Assembly: GCF_964213995.1 (NCBI RefSeq)
Contig: NW_027590143.1
Span: 372,001-436,000 of the forward strand
Source of the DNA: Mustelus asterias
Lineage: Eukaryota
DNA: 64,000 bases
Direction: 5' to 3'
The notes beneath the pieces are model-generated. The model had not been told where the DNA came from. It saw only the letters and a program-made list of their open reading frames with translations, and made no database searches. Below are positions 1 through 10,861 of this stretch, piece by piece. Numbering within the stretch: position 1 is the stretch's first letter; every line of letters begins with the position of its first letter. A program made the translations under genes and the position numbers.

Positions 1-651
1 TGGATAGAGCTGTGAAGAAGGCCTATGGTGTGTTAGCTTTTTATTAACAGTGGGTTGGAGTTTAAGAGCCGTGGGGTTATGCTGCAACTGTACAGGACCT
101 TGGTGAGACCACATTTGGAATATTGTGAGCTGTTCTGGTCACCTCACTATAAGAAGGATGTGGAAGCGCTGGAAAGAGTGCAGAGGAGATTTACCAGGAT
201 GCTGCCTGGTTTGGAGGGTAGGTCTTATGAGGAAAGGTTGAGGGAGCTAGGGCTGTTCTCTCTGGAGCGCAGGAGGCTGAGGGGAGACTTAATAGAGGTT
301 TATAAAATGATGAAGGGGATAGATAGAGTGAACGTTCAAAGATTATTTCCTCGGGTGGATGGAGCTATTACAAGGGGACATAACTATAGGGTTCATGGTG
401 GGAGATATAGGAAGGATATCAGAGGTAGGTTCTTTACGCAGAGGGTGGTTGGGGTGTGGAATGGGCTGCCTGCAGTGATGGTGGGGTCGGACACTTTGGG
501 AACATTTAAGCGGTTATTGGATAGGCACATGGAGCACACCAGGATGATAGGGAGTGGGATAGCTTGATCTTGGTTTCAGATAAAGCTCGGCACAACATCG
601 TGGGCCGAAGGGCCTGTTCTGTGCTGTACTGTTCTATGTTCTATGTTCTAT
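1..651 (+). mobile_element. CR1-clade (HER1-like) LINE, 3' end of ORF2 plus tail
   Basis: ORF 55-567 has CR1 C-terminal motifs ([35 protein letters not shown]); 3' UTR GGGCCGAAGGGCCTGTT followed by (GTTCTAT)n tail. Confidence 0.95.
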
Positions 652-1457
652 CATTCTCATCTTCCTTCGAATAATTTCAACCAGTTCTACCCAATATTTA
701 TTCGCTGTTCAATGTTTAATATTAATATATTTTTATTCATTACATATCTCCTCATTCTGAATGAAATGTCTCCGAAATAGGCAACATTGAATTGCAAACA
801 TGACTGACCAACAAAAGGAATCGAGTCACTGGGTAATACACATGTCACGGTGCTTCATTGAGATTGACCACAATCAGCTTTTAAACAAAATTAAATATCT
901 TTAAAGGGAATAGATTTAAGAATGACTTGTTAGTTATACTTGATCCCCCTTTATTCTGTGTGTGAAACACTCAGGCGTCTAAATCCCGTTCAGCTGCAGG
1001 AAAGTCCAGTAGATCCGCACTGATTCTCGATTTCCTCAACTGTCTGAGTGGTTTTCCCTATTTCTTTACTCTGAAGAACGACGTTAAAATAATGGTTCCG
1101 CGCAATGTGCGCCATTTCCTCTAGTTCAGTTACAGTTTCACTTGTGTCTGCCTTTTTGAGCACACAATACTATTAGACATGGTTCAGGTGATGATTCACT
1201 TTGTTAGTCTGCATCAACAAAGCCATTAAATTCTGTCGTGGACTGAATGAGTTGCTGATATGTCCATGGTGTCAAAACAGGAACATCTATTTCCTCTCAT
1301 TGCGTCATAAAAATACAAGATCTCTGATTTTGCTGAAAGATTTTGAGGCCGAGGTCAGAGCAAAGATAACATGGCTTTAATATTGAGTTTCGGATAATGT
1401 TCAGCAACAAATTTCAATCATGTAAACCTCCCTCACCCTTAATGAACAAATTTTAAT

Positions 1458-1535
1458 AATTCGGCATGGTTTTGAACTAGGGACCTTTTGTGTGTGAGGT
1501 GAATGCAACCAATGAGGTGAATACACTACAGAAAC
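1458..1535 (-). pseudogene. tRNA-Val(CAC) pseudogene
   Basis: Reverse complement GTTTCTGTAGTGTA..TTCACCTCACACACAAAAGGTCCCTAGTTCAAAACC matches vertebrate tRNA-Val; 9-nt insertion in D arm and broken 3' acceptor strand. Confidence 0.75.
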
Positions 1536-1620
1536 TGCTGGCGTCCGTAGGACCCAATGGGACTCTCTTGAAATGTTGCAACACTCATTGGGACTGCTGT
1601 CGACATATTGATCCAAGAAT

Positions 1621-1940
1621 GATTTTGATTTGATTTGATTTATTATTGTCACATGTATTAACATACAGTGAAAAGTATTGTTCCTTGCGCTATACAGACA
1701 AAACAAACCGTTCATAGAGAAGGAAATGAGAGTGTGCAGAATGCAGTGTTACAGTCATAGCTAGGGTGTAGAGAAAGATCAACTTAATGCAAGGTAAATC
1801 TATTTAAAAGTCTGACAGCAGCAGGGAAGAAGCTATTCTTGAGTCGGTTGGTACGTGACCTCAGACTTTTGTATCTTTTTCCCGAAGGAAGAAGGTGAAG
1901 GAGAGAATGTCCAGAGTGCATGGGGTCCTTAATGCCTCTG
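1621..1940 (-). mobile_element. Rex1/Babar-type LINE 3' fragment
   Basis: Encodes HSGHSLLHLLPSGKRYKSLRSRTNRLKNSFFPAAVRLLN; ends in AATAAA plus (TCAAA)n tail. Confidence 0.85.
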
Positions 1941-2468
1941 CCAGTTATATTATGATGAGCTACCAAACTGATGTATCGGTGCGGGCTTGGTGGGCCGAAG
2001 GGCCTGTTCCTGTGCTGCACTGTTCTTTGTTCTCATTTCAATTTCCTTCTCTCATTCCATGAAGCTGATTTTTCTCCCTTTCAAGTCATTGTCCAATCCC
2101 CATTTGAAGAAGGAGTTTCTGTGGAATCCATGTACAGTTTGCTTTAAGTAACAACGTTTCCCTGACCCAATGGCATGAAGTATTGGATATAGCTTCCCAA
2201 TATAGTTTTCAATGTAAACATATATTTACAAATTTACAAAATTTACAAAACGAGTTTAATCGGATGAAGCATCTCCCCATTATTTCTGAATTATATATAA
2301 TATAACTAATTAACTCCACAACTTTCCAGAGTGTGGAATATAACAGAGGAGAATTAATCACCTATACCTGAAGCAGTCTCCTTGTGTTGTCCTCCTGTGT
2401 CCCAAACATCCGATCTGGCAACCTCGAGAATGGGTGGGGAATCTGTCTTACCTACACTGACCTCACAC

Positions 2469-2760
2469 GGGGTGGCACGGTAGCACAGTGGCACACTGCT
2501 GCCTCACAACGCCAGGGACTCGGGTTCGATTCCTGGCTTGGGTCTGAGTGGAGTTTGCACGTCCTTCCTGTGTCTGTGTGGATTTGCTCCAGTTTCCTCC
2601 CACAGTCCGAAAGACGTGCTGGTTAGGTGCATTCCCATGCTAAATTTCTCCCTTCGTGTACCCGAACAGGTGGCGAAGTGTGGCGACTAGGGGATTTTCA
2701 CAGTAACTTCATTGCAGTATTAATGTAATCCAGCTGTGACATTAATAAATAAACTTTAAA
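2469..2760 (+). mobile_element. tRNA-derived V-SINE (HE1-like), tail type B
   Basis: A box GGCACGGTAGCACAGTGG, B box GGTTCGATTCC, V-domain (TGCTCCAGTTTCCTCCCACAGTCC); tail GTAACTTCATTGCAG...AATAAATAAACTTT. Confidence 0.85.
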
Positions 2761-3349
2761 CATGATATGGACACATCCAGAATATGTCTGGCTGTAAAAA
2801 TAAATACATCCATTATTGCTTATTCTCCAAAAGTGTCCACTGTTGAGTCATCAATTAATGATCACCATTGATGAGAAATAGATTTCTGGCTGTTCCTGTT
2901 GTTAAAATGGGCAGTTCCATCGCAATGAATATCTAACACGATATTGCCGCACTGACACGACCCCAGGGAATTCCAGTTCAGGAAGTTTACTCTGGAGCTA
3001 GTACGCTTTTGACATTGTCCATGGGTGAACTTCTCTTGAGTGTGTCAGTGGCTGTTTTAGTCTGTTTGTTTATCTTCCTTAGTGATTGTCTGTGTGTCTA
3101 TGTTTGAGTCGATCAGTTTGAGAATCGATCACTGTGTTTACTTGTCCCTGTGTCTATGCTTTTGTTGATTCTGTGCGGTTCACGAGGCTTCTAGTGAACA
3201 CGGAGTTGGAGTTATTCGTGTGTTTTCATAGTTAGCAACTCAGACTAATGTGTCAGAAATCTACAGAATAATTCCGGATTTATAACGAGGGACATTGGAA
3301 TTGATGTCTGTGTCTGGGCTTTTATCTATATGTTTATATATCCTGACAC

Positions 3350-3622
3350 GTGTTGGTCTTTGCACGTGGCCGTGTGTGTATCTGCTCTCCCCGTGTCTGC
3401 GTGGGTTTCTTCCGTGTGCTCCAGTTTCCTCCAACAGTCCAAAGATGTACAGGTTAGTTTGATTGGCCATGATAAACTGACCCTAGTGTCAGGGGGATTA
3501 GCGGGGTTAATGTATGAGGTTACGGGAAGAGGGCCTGGGTAGGTTTGTGATCGGTACAGACTCGTTGGGCCGAATGGCATTTTTCTGTACTGTACAAATT
3601 CTATGATTCTATGATTCTATGA
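3350..3622 (+). mobile_element. V-SINE (HE1-like), 5'-truncated, CR1/HER1-type tail
   Basis: V-domain, then GGGCCGAATGGC and (ATTCTATG)n tail. Confidence 0.85.
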
Positions 3623-3935
3623 TCTAGATATCTATCTATCAGCCTTTACAGGTGACCGTGTGTGTATCTGTTTCCAATATGCGGCATTGCTGTCCACGGG
3701 AGGGCGCTCTCTGATCACTTATGAAAAATCACGATTCCCTTCGAGAGGAAGCGTCTGTTTGAAGATGTAAAAATGGGCGGAGAGACGAAGTGACTTTCGG
3801 CCTCATACCATTCCACTGACTGTTTCAACTTCTCCATTTCCAGGTCTTATGCAGACAGTGATCACTGCCTCTGTTTCTGGTGTTCAGACTGGAACTATGG
3901 AGGTGAAAGTCTGTCTGTCTCTGGTTATTGTCCTG

Positions 3936-4168
3936 GTGATGTGGAGATGCCGGCGTTGGACTGGGGTAAACACAATAAGAAGTTTAACAACACCAGCTTA
4001 AAGTCCAACAGGTTTATTTGGTAGCAAAAGCCACACAAGCTATCGGAGCTCCAAGCCCCTTCACTCACCTGAAGAAGGGGCTTGGAGCTCCGAAAGCTTG
4101 TGTGGCTTTTGCTACCAAATAAACCTGTTGGACTTTAACCTGGTGTTGTTAAACTTCTTATTGTCCTG
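3936..4168. mobile_element. Palindromic Penelope-like (pLTR-derived) insertion with 11-bp target-site duplication
   Basis: 91-nt inverted arms 3972-4062 and 4074-4164 (2 mismatches); TTATTGTCCTG at 3925-3935 and 4158-4168. Confidence 0.85.
4066..4102 (+). ncRNA. Minimal type I hammerhead ribozyme motif (PLE-type)
   Basis: CAC-CTGAAGA-A-GGGGCT-TGG-AGCTCC-GAAA-GC-TT-GTG: CUGANGA and GAAA cores, 6-bp stem II, palindromic AAGCTT stem III, CAC/GTG stem I. Confidence 0.7.
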
Positions 4169-4613
4169 CTCACAGGACGGTCATTTTGAACCTTTGACTG
4201 AAATCCGCCAATCACCATATTAATTGCCCATTTCCATTTCTAGGCGATTATTCCGTTGTTGTTACTCCTTCTAACCCGCTGCGTGTCTGTTGTCTATTTT
4301 CAGAGATGAATAACGGCGACTCAGTGTCCCAGTCAGAACCAGGAATTTAAGCAGCAGAGGGTGAAGATTCAGCAATACCCTGCAGTTACTCTGTATCGAG
4401 TTTAGCTACAGTCTATGTCATGTTCTGGTATCGCCAGTATCCACACCGAGCTCCTCAGTATCTGCTCAGAGCCGAGAGTTATGGATTTACCGATACGGCT
4501 CCCGGCTTTAAACATTTCAGCTGGAATCTCAGCGAGACACAAAGCACTTTTCACTTGTCCATGAAAGATTTGAAGATGACAGATAACGCCGTGTATTACT
4601 GTGCACTGAGACC

Positions 4614-4652
4614 CACACTGAATGAGGATCCCGCGGGCTTCGTCCAAAAACT
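4614..4652 (+). other. 23-bp-spacer recombination signal sequence (RSS)
   Basis: Heptamer CACACTG 4614-4620, 23-nt spacer 4621-4643, nonamer CCAAAAACT 4644-4652, directly after YYCALR. Confidence 0.9.
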
Positions 4653-5411
4653 GGCGCAGGTCCTCAATCAATGGTTCCTTGTCCGCAAAACACATTGCAT
4701 TGAATTTCAGAGAAAATGTACAGATGATGAACCTGACAATGCTGCCCCAGCTGAGTGGCTTTCCCTCCCTAACGTCAGTGATTGTCACTGTTGGGGAAAT
4801 GTGACATTTGGCGCTCAGATTATTCCTGGATAAATCCAATCATTTCCTGATCCCAATCACAAAACCCACAGATGTCCCGAGTGAATAACTTAATAAATCA
4901 GTACTTCCAATCTTTCTGTATCAGATGCCTATCTGTCAGGGGAACCTGTTAAATGTGATCCAATATTAAAGGCACACTGAGACTTGTCACATTTTGAAGT
5001 TTCTGGACAGAAATAATGACTGATTGAATCAGTACTTTCCCAGTATAAGAGTAATTCCAGTGGAAACGCAAGTCAATGTGGACTTGGGTGATTACTTATC
5101 CCCGGTATAAATAAAGCAGTAACTGCTATTATGTTCATGCAGTGGATGCACTCATTAATACCCACAGAGTAAATGAGGGTAAATTATTTATTTCACTTTT
5201 AACTTTATTTAGAAAGATAATCTATCTATAAAAAGGGGGACATTGAGTTCGAACGAAAGAGGGTTAACCGAGAAAGAGACAGTGTAACTGATAACGTTAT
5301 TCACCTTTCATGGAGAGAGAAAGAGAGTGAGAAAAACACACACAGCCCGGGATGGAATGTGTTTGGAGGGAGCCAGCTGTGTTTAGTCCTCCACTAACAG
5401 TGTTTGGTCCA

Positions 5412-5520
5412 CAGCTGACGTCATCTCAAGGGGACCAGCCAATTGCAACACTGAGAAAACCCCCCAATTTGCCAATTATTGAAGCTGCCTCTGATCTGAG
5501 TTTACTCCGTGATATAAGAC
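5412..5520 (+). promoter_or_regulatory. TCR V promoter: E-box/CRE, CCAAT boxes, TATA-like element
   Basis: CAGCTG overlapping a perfect TGACGTCA (5416-5423), three CCAAT between 5439 and 5476, TATAA near 5513, about 65 nt upstream of leader ATG 5577. Confidence 0.6.
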
Positions 5521-5576
5521 TAGAAGCAACAACATATTTTAAACAGTGTCGCTGTTCCTGTCCAGTCAGGAACCAC

Positions 5577-6053
5577 ATGTTCCCTGCGTGTTCTACTGAT
5601 AATAATGGACATGCTGCCCCGTGAGTCTGAGCTCAAATCCTCAGTGTGTGTTCAATGGGTTATATTCACTCACAGATTTCTCACACAGTCTATATGTTGT
5701 TACAGGAACCAATGGCCAAACTTCAGTTTCCCAGGAGCCGCCTGAATGAACGGTTCAGGAAGTACAGACGGTAATTTTGAACTGCAGTTATAAAGCTAAA
5801 TACATTGACCAAACTCTATTCTGGTACATCCTGTACCCCGGAGAAGCTCCGAGATATTTATTGAAAAGTTACGGCAAGGGGAAGGCGGATAAGTCTCCTG
5901 ATTTTTCGGACCAGTTTTCTGCTAATTTGGACAGAGACAAGAAAACAGCTCCATTAAATATCACCGGGGTCCGTGTCTCTGTCTCTGCCGTGTATCTGTA
6001 ACAGTGTGCGCTGAACCGCAGTTACAGAGTCGCAGTTAGTCCGTACAAAAACC
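5577..6053 (+). pseudogene. T-cell receptor alpha/delta-type V segment pseudogene 2
   Basis: Leader exon 5577-5620 (44 nt, frameshifted; hydrophobic LRVLLIIM in shifted frame) with GTGAGT donor; acceptor at 5705; V exon TNGQTSVSQEPPE*TVQEVQTVILNCSY..LFWYILYPGEAPRYLL..SAVYL*QCALN; perfect nonamer ACAAAAACC 6045-6053 but degenerate heptamer CGCAGTT and 21-nt spacer. Confidence 0.9.
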
Positions 6054-6156
6054 AGCAAAGGCATTCTCACCTCCTCACACTGAATCCGATCTCTGAGCTG
6101 GATTGTGAACAGTTAATAGAAACAAAATCATCTCATTAAAACCAATTAAACCGAAT

Positions 6157-6628
6157 GAGGGCATTAGTTATGAGGAGAGATTGAGTAAACTAGGGTTGTT
6201 CTCCCTGGAAAGACGGAGGTTGAGGGGCGACCTAATAGAAGATTATAACATTATGAAGGGCACAGATAGGGTGAACAGTTGGAAGCTTTTTCCCAGGTCA
6301 GAAATGACAAACACAAGGGGTCACAAGTTCAAGGTAAGGGGGGGGGGGGGGGGGGTGGGGTGGGGGGGGGGGGGTGGGGGGGGCAAGGTTCAAGACAGAT
6401 ATGCGGGGGCTGTATTCTACACAGAGGGTGCTGGGGGCCTGGAATGCACTGCCAAGCAAGGTGGTTGAGGCAGTCACGCTAGGATCATTTAAGACTTATC
6501 TGGATAGGCACATGAACAGACTGGGAATAGAGGGATGCAAACGGATGGTCTAGTTAGGAGCACATGATCGGTGCAGGCTTGGAGGGCCGAAGGGCCTGTT
6601 CCTGTGCTGTATTGTTCTTTGTTCTTTG
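6157..6628 (+). mobile_element. CR1 LINE 3' fragment with internal poly-G tract
   Basis: LGLFSLERRRLRGDLIE motif; G-rich tract 6337-6383; (TTCTTTG)n tail. Confidence 0.9.
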
Positions 6629-7262
6629 ATCACGCCATCCACAGTCCAGAATCCATAAGCTGCAGGACTTGTTTAAAAGACGGACCACAGATCCTGAACG
6701 TTCAATTTTCACAGCATGCGTGTGTACGGCTGTGGTGATTGTCCTTTTAAGGGCAACACAGCAGTGTAAGGGTCAACATGGCCTGTGTGAACAAGCGGGA
6801 CTCAGAGTCTGGAATCACCCCATCGTGAGAGAATCCTTTAGGCAAAGAGTCATTTTGAGAGTGAGCTCCTGTCATGATCTTGCGAAACAATTCTTATTCA
6901 TCAATCCACCTTGTATTCATCAATCAAGACTGTGAAAGTGCAGATTTACAGCGGCAGATACCTCTTCCATGGTTGATATGTAAGTTAAATTGTACAATTA
7001 TGAAATAATTAAATAAACAATGGAATAAAAGCCTTGTAGTCTTTATTTCCCATTCCTTCTCCATGTTTTATAAACACGCCATCCAGAGACCAGAGCCCAT
7101 AAGATGCAGGACATGTTTAAAAGACAGACAACATACCCTGAACCTTCAACTTTCACACCCTGGGCAGAATGTTCCCGTCCCGCCAGCCACAGGAACCGTA
7201 GCGGGCGAGAAAGACCATGCAAAGGTCTGTTGACCTCGGCGGGAATTTATCAGCCTTGGGTT

Positions 7263-7580
7263 GAACAAAGAACAAAGAACAAAAAACAATGCAGCACAGG
7301 AACAGGCCCTTCGGCTCTCCAAGCCCGCACCGATCATGTGGGTCACTGTCTGTGTGGAATCTGCACATTCTCCCATGCCTCGGTGGGTTTCCTCTGAGTG
7401 CTCCGGTTTCGTCCCACGGTGCGAAAGACGTGCTGGTTAGGTGCATTGGCCATGCTAAATTCTCCCTCAGTGTACCCGAACAAGTGATGGAGTGTGGCGA
7501 CGAGGGGATTATCACAGTAACTTCATTGCAGTGTTAATGTATGCCTACGTGTGACGCTCAGAAAATAAGTTTTACTTTAA
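7263..7580. mobile_element. CR1 tail (-, 7263-7340) fused to a 5'-truncated V-SINE with tail type B (+, 7340-7580)
   Basis: (GAACAAA)n and GGCCCTTCGG on the left; V-domain and GTAACTTCATTGCAGTGTTAATG on the right. Confidence 0.75.
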
Positions 7581-7729
7581 ATTATTGAGTCAAGCAGCCT
7601 TTCAGTTTCAATCATTGAGTCAACTTTTTGTCTTTAGCTCCTGAGAGTGATTGTTTTATTTTGAACTTCCATTTTGACCCTTCAGATTCCAAAAGCAACG
7701 CGTTTTGAGTACCTTACTGTGCAGTAGGT

Positions 7730-8320
7730 CCTTCCATGCTGACGCTATAGTTAAGAAAGTCCACCAACGCCTCTACTTTCTCAGGAGCCTCAGAAAATTG
7801 AATATGTCAGCTACGACTCTCACGAACTATTACAGATGAACCATAGAAAGTATTCTTTCTTTTTGTATCACAGTTTGGTATGGTTCCTGTTCTGTCCAAG
7901 GCCGCAAGAAACTACAAAGCGTCCTGAACGAAGCCCAGTTCACCACTCAAACCAGCCTCCCATCCATTGACTCTGTCTACACTTCCCACTGCCTTGGGAA
8001 AAGCAGCCAGCATAATCAAGGACACGACACACCCCGGGCATTCTCTCTTCCACCTTCTTCTGTCGGGAAAGAGATACAAAAGTCTGAGGTCATGTACCAA
8101 CCGATACAAGAACAGCTTCTTCTCTGCTGCAGTCAGACTTTTGAATGGAGCTACCTCGCATTAAGTTGATCTTTCTCTACACCCGAGCTATGACTGTAAC
8201 ATTACATCCTGCACCCTCTCCTTTCCTTCTCTATGAACGTTTTGCTTTGTCGGTACAGCACACAAGAAACAATACCTTTCCCTGTATACCAATACATGTG
8301 GCAATAATAAATCAGATCAC
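7730..8320 (+). mobile_element. Rex1/Babar-type LINE 3' fragment
   Basis: LGKAASIIKDTTHPGHSLFHLLLSGKRYKSL; AATAATAAATCAGATC tail. Confidence 0.85.
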
Positions 8321-8507
8321 ATCATACTGGTTCATAGTTCGACATCCCGTAATTCTCATTACGAGCAAGATCGTCTCATCCTCTAAGGGAATAACAGAAA
8401 CTTAAATAAGACCTTCCTTTTGATTAATTCTCAGCCTATCTCTTTGTATGTTGCTATTTTACTGTAATATTATAATTTATCCCTCTTTCTCAGGAATCTA
8501 GTGATAG

Positions 8508-9066
8508 GGGAGGTAGTGTCATGGTGGTATTGTCACTGGACTAGTAATCCAGAGACCCAGGCAGACCCAGGTTTTAATCCCGTCATGGCAGGTGGTAGAA
8601 TTTAAATTCAATAAAAAATGATTGGAATTAAGAATCTACTGATGACCATGAAACCATTGTCGATTATCATAGAATCATAGATTCAAAGAAACCCTACAGT
8701 GAAGAAAGAGGCCATGCAGCCCATCGAGCCTGCACTGACAACAATCCCACCCAGGCCCGATCCCTGTAACCCCTTGTATTTAACATGTTAATCCCCCGAA
8801 AACTAAGGGGCAATTTATCATGGCCAATCCACCTAACCCGCATACTTTTAGACTGTGGGAGGAAACCGGACCACCCGGAGGAAACCCACACAGACACGGG
8901 GAGAGCGTGCAAACTCCAGATCAGACAATGACCCGAGGCCGGAATTGAATCCAGCTCCCTGGCGCAGGGATGCAAAAATGCTAACCATTGCGCCAGAGTG
9001 GCGATTGTTGGAAAATCCCATCTGGTTCCCTAATGTCCTTTAGGGAAGGAAATCTGCCATCTTATA
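8508..9066 (+). mobile_element. Second tRNA-derived SINE family, interrupted by an antisense V-SINE (8666-9001)
   Basis: tRNA-like head (GTCACTGGACTAGTAATCCAGAG), body resumes as CCCATCTGGTT..TTTAGGGAAGGAAATCTGCC; CGATT at 8661-8665 and 9002-9006 flanks the V-SINE; older copy near 47490-47740. Confidence 0.7.
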
Positions 9067-9875
9067 CACTTCTATCAGGTCACCCCTCATCCTTCGTCTC
9101 TCCAAGGAGAAAAGGCCGAGCTCACTCAACCTATCCTCATAAGGTATGCATCCCAACTCAGGCAACATCCTTGCAAATCTCCTCTGCACCCTTTCTATGG
9201 CTTCCACATCCTTCCTGTAATGAGGCGACCAGAACTGAGCACAGTACTCCAAGTGGGGTCCGACCAGGGTCCCATATAGCTGCAACATTATCTCACGACT
9301 CCTAAACTCAATTCCTCGATTCATGAAGGCCAGTACACCATACGCCTTCTTAACCAAAGCCTCAACCTGCACAGCTGCTTTGAACACCCTATGGACTCGG
9401 ACCCCAAGATCCTTCTGATCTTCCACACTGCCAAGAATCCAACCATTAATATTATATTCTGCCATCCTATTTGACCGGCCAAAATGAACCACCTCACACT
9501 TATCTGGGTTAAACTCCATCTGCCGCTTCTCCGCCCAGTCTTGCATCCTATCAATGTCTCGCTGCAGCTTCTAACATCCCTCCACACTATCCACAACACC
9601 TCCAACCTTTGTGTCATCAGTAAACTTACCAACCCACCCCGCCACTTCCTCATCCAGGTCATTTATAAAAATCACAATGCGTAAGGGTCCCAGAACAGAT
9701 CCCTGGGGCACTCCACTGGTGACCGACTTCCATTCAGAATATGACCCATCTATAACCAGTCTTTGCCTTCTGTGTGCAAGCCAGTTCCGGATCCACAAAG
9801 CAATGTCCCCTTGGATCTCATGTCCCCTCACTTTCTCAATAAGCCTTGCATGTGGCACCTTATCAAATGCCTTGC
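9067..9875 (-). mobile_element. CR1 LINE internal RT fragment
   Basis: [33 protein letters not shown]. Confidence 0.92.
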
Positions 9876-10420
9876 CACGCACAGACATTGACAGACACAG
9901 GCACACACATAGAAACTGAAAGACATACACACACATTGATACTGACAGACAGGCATACACAGACATTGACAAACACACACACAGTCTCTGACAGACACAC
10001 ACATAGACAGTGACAGGCACACACACAGACTCCGACAGACACACAAACATAGACACTGACAGACACACACACAGACACTGCCAGACACTCACACAGACTC
10101 TGACAGACACACACACAGACTCTGACAGACACAAACACACAGCGTCTGACAGACACACACACAGACTCTGACAGACACACACACACACAGACTCTGACAG
10201 ACGCACGCACAGACTCTGACAGACACGCACACACAGACTCTGACAGACACACACACACAGACTCTGTCAGAAACACACGCATACTCTGACACACACACAC
10301 ACAGACTCTGACAGACACACACACAGACTCTGACAGACACACACAGACTCTGACAGACACACACACAGACTCTGACAGACACACACACACAGACTCAGAC
10401 ACATACATGCACACACTGAT
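9876..10420. repeat. Compound (CA)n / ACAGACTCTGACAGAC minisatellite
   Basis: Repeated CAGACTCTGACAGA(CA)n units. Confidence 0.95.
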
Positions 10421-10473
10421 ACAAACAAACTCATACCGGCTCCCTGACTGGTTGAAGCTTCTGTCGCTCAGCG

Positions 10474-10861
10474 ATTGGAACTCCCGGATTTGTTCTATTG
10501 GAGCTCCCGGATTTGTTCAGGGGGCGTGCCGTTAGCTGCTGGCTTTTTGATTGGCTAACACGGCTGTCAGTCAGAAAGCCCAGCCTCTAATTGGCTAATC
10601 CGCTGTCAAAGTGCGGAGACCAGTCATTGGCGAACGTGGCTGTGAGGAAGCGAGTGGCAATTCTGATTGGCTGATTCATGCAATCGTCGATCTGGCCTCT
10701 GATTGTCTGAGGTGGTCAGTTGGCAACCCAGTCTCTGATTGGCTGAGGTGGTCAGTTAGCAACCCAGTCTCTGATTGGCTGAGGCGGTCAGTTAGCAACC
10801 CAGTCTCTGATTAGCTGAAGCAGTTTGTTAATGATCGCGGTCTGTGATTGGCTGTCAGTCA
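10474..10861 (-). promoter_or_regulatory. Periodic CCAAT-box array (36-40 bp period) with PBX/PREP-type decamers
   Basis: ATTGG at 10474, 10497, 10550, 10590, 10626, 10666, 10738, 10774, 10847 (variants at 10702, 10810); 36-bp tandem unit GCAACCCAGTCTCTGATTGGCTGAGGTGGTCAGTTA; minus-strand TGACTGACAG at 10564-10573 and 10852-10861. Confidence 0.55.

Larger units (their letters stand above)
3897..4652 (+). pseudogene. T-cell receptor alpha/delta-type V segment pseudogene 1
   Basis: Leader MEVKVCLSLVIVL (3897-3935) plus LT (4169-4175), split by an insertion, no canonical GT donor; acceptor ttttcag at 4303; V exon 4304-4613 DSVSQSEPGI*AAEGEDSAIPCSYS..MFWYRQYPHRAPQYLL..DNAVYYCALR with in-frame TAA at 4348-4350; followed by an RSS. 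Confidence 0.92.

Noticed and set aside
1130-1175. Minus-strand YCVLK followed by CACAAGTG, as a V remnant
   Set aside because: No upstream Ig framework and no correctly spaced nonamer.
4614-4833. C-terminal extension of ORF 4420-4833
   Set aside because: Read-through of the RSS and flank, not V coding sequence.
6337-6383. Poly-G/C tracts (also 17330-17390, 31305-31325, 33308-33347) as functional G-quadruplexes
   Set aside because: Simple homopolymer expansions with uncertain sequencing accuracy and no functional context.
9571-10414. Long Cys/Val-rich ORFs
   Set aside because: Translations of the (CA)/(TG) minisatellite fused to a CR1 fragment.
10700-10820. 36-bp repeats resembling a CRISPR array
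   Set aside because: Head-to-tail tandem units without unique spacers, in vertebrate DNA with no cas genes.
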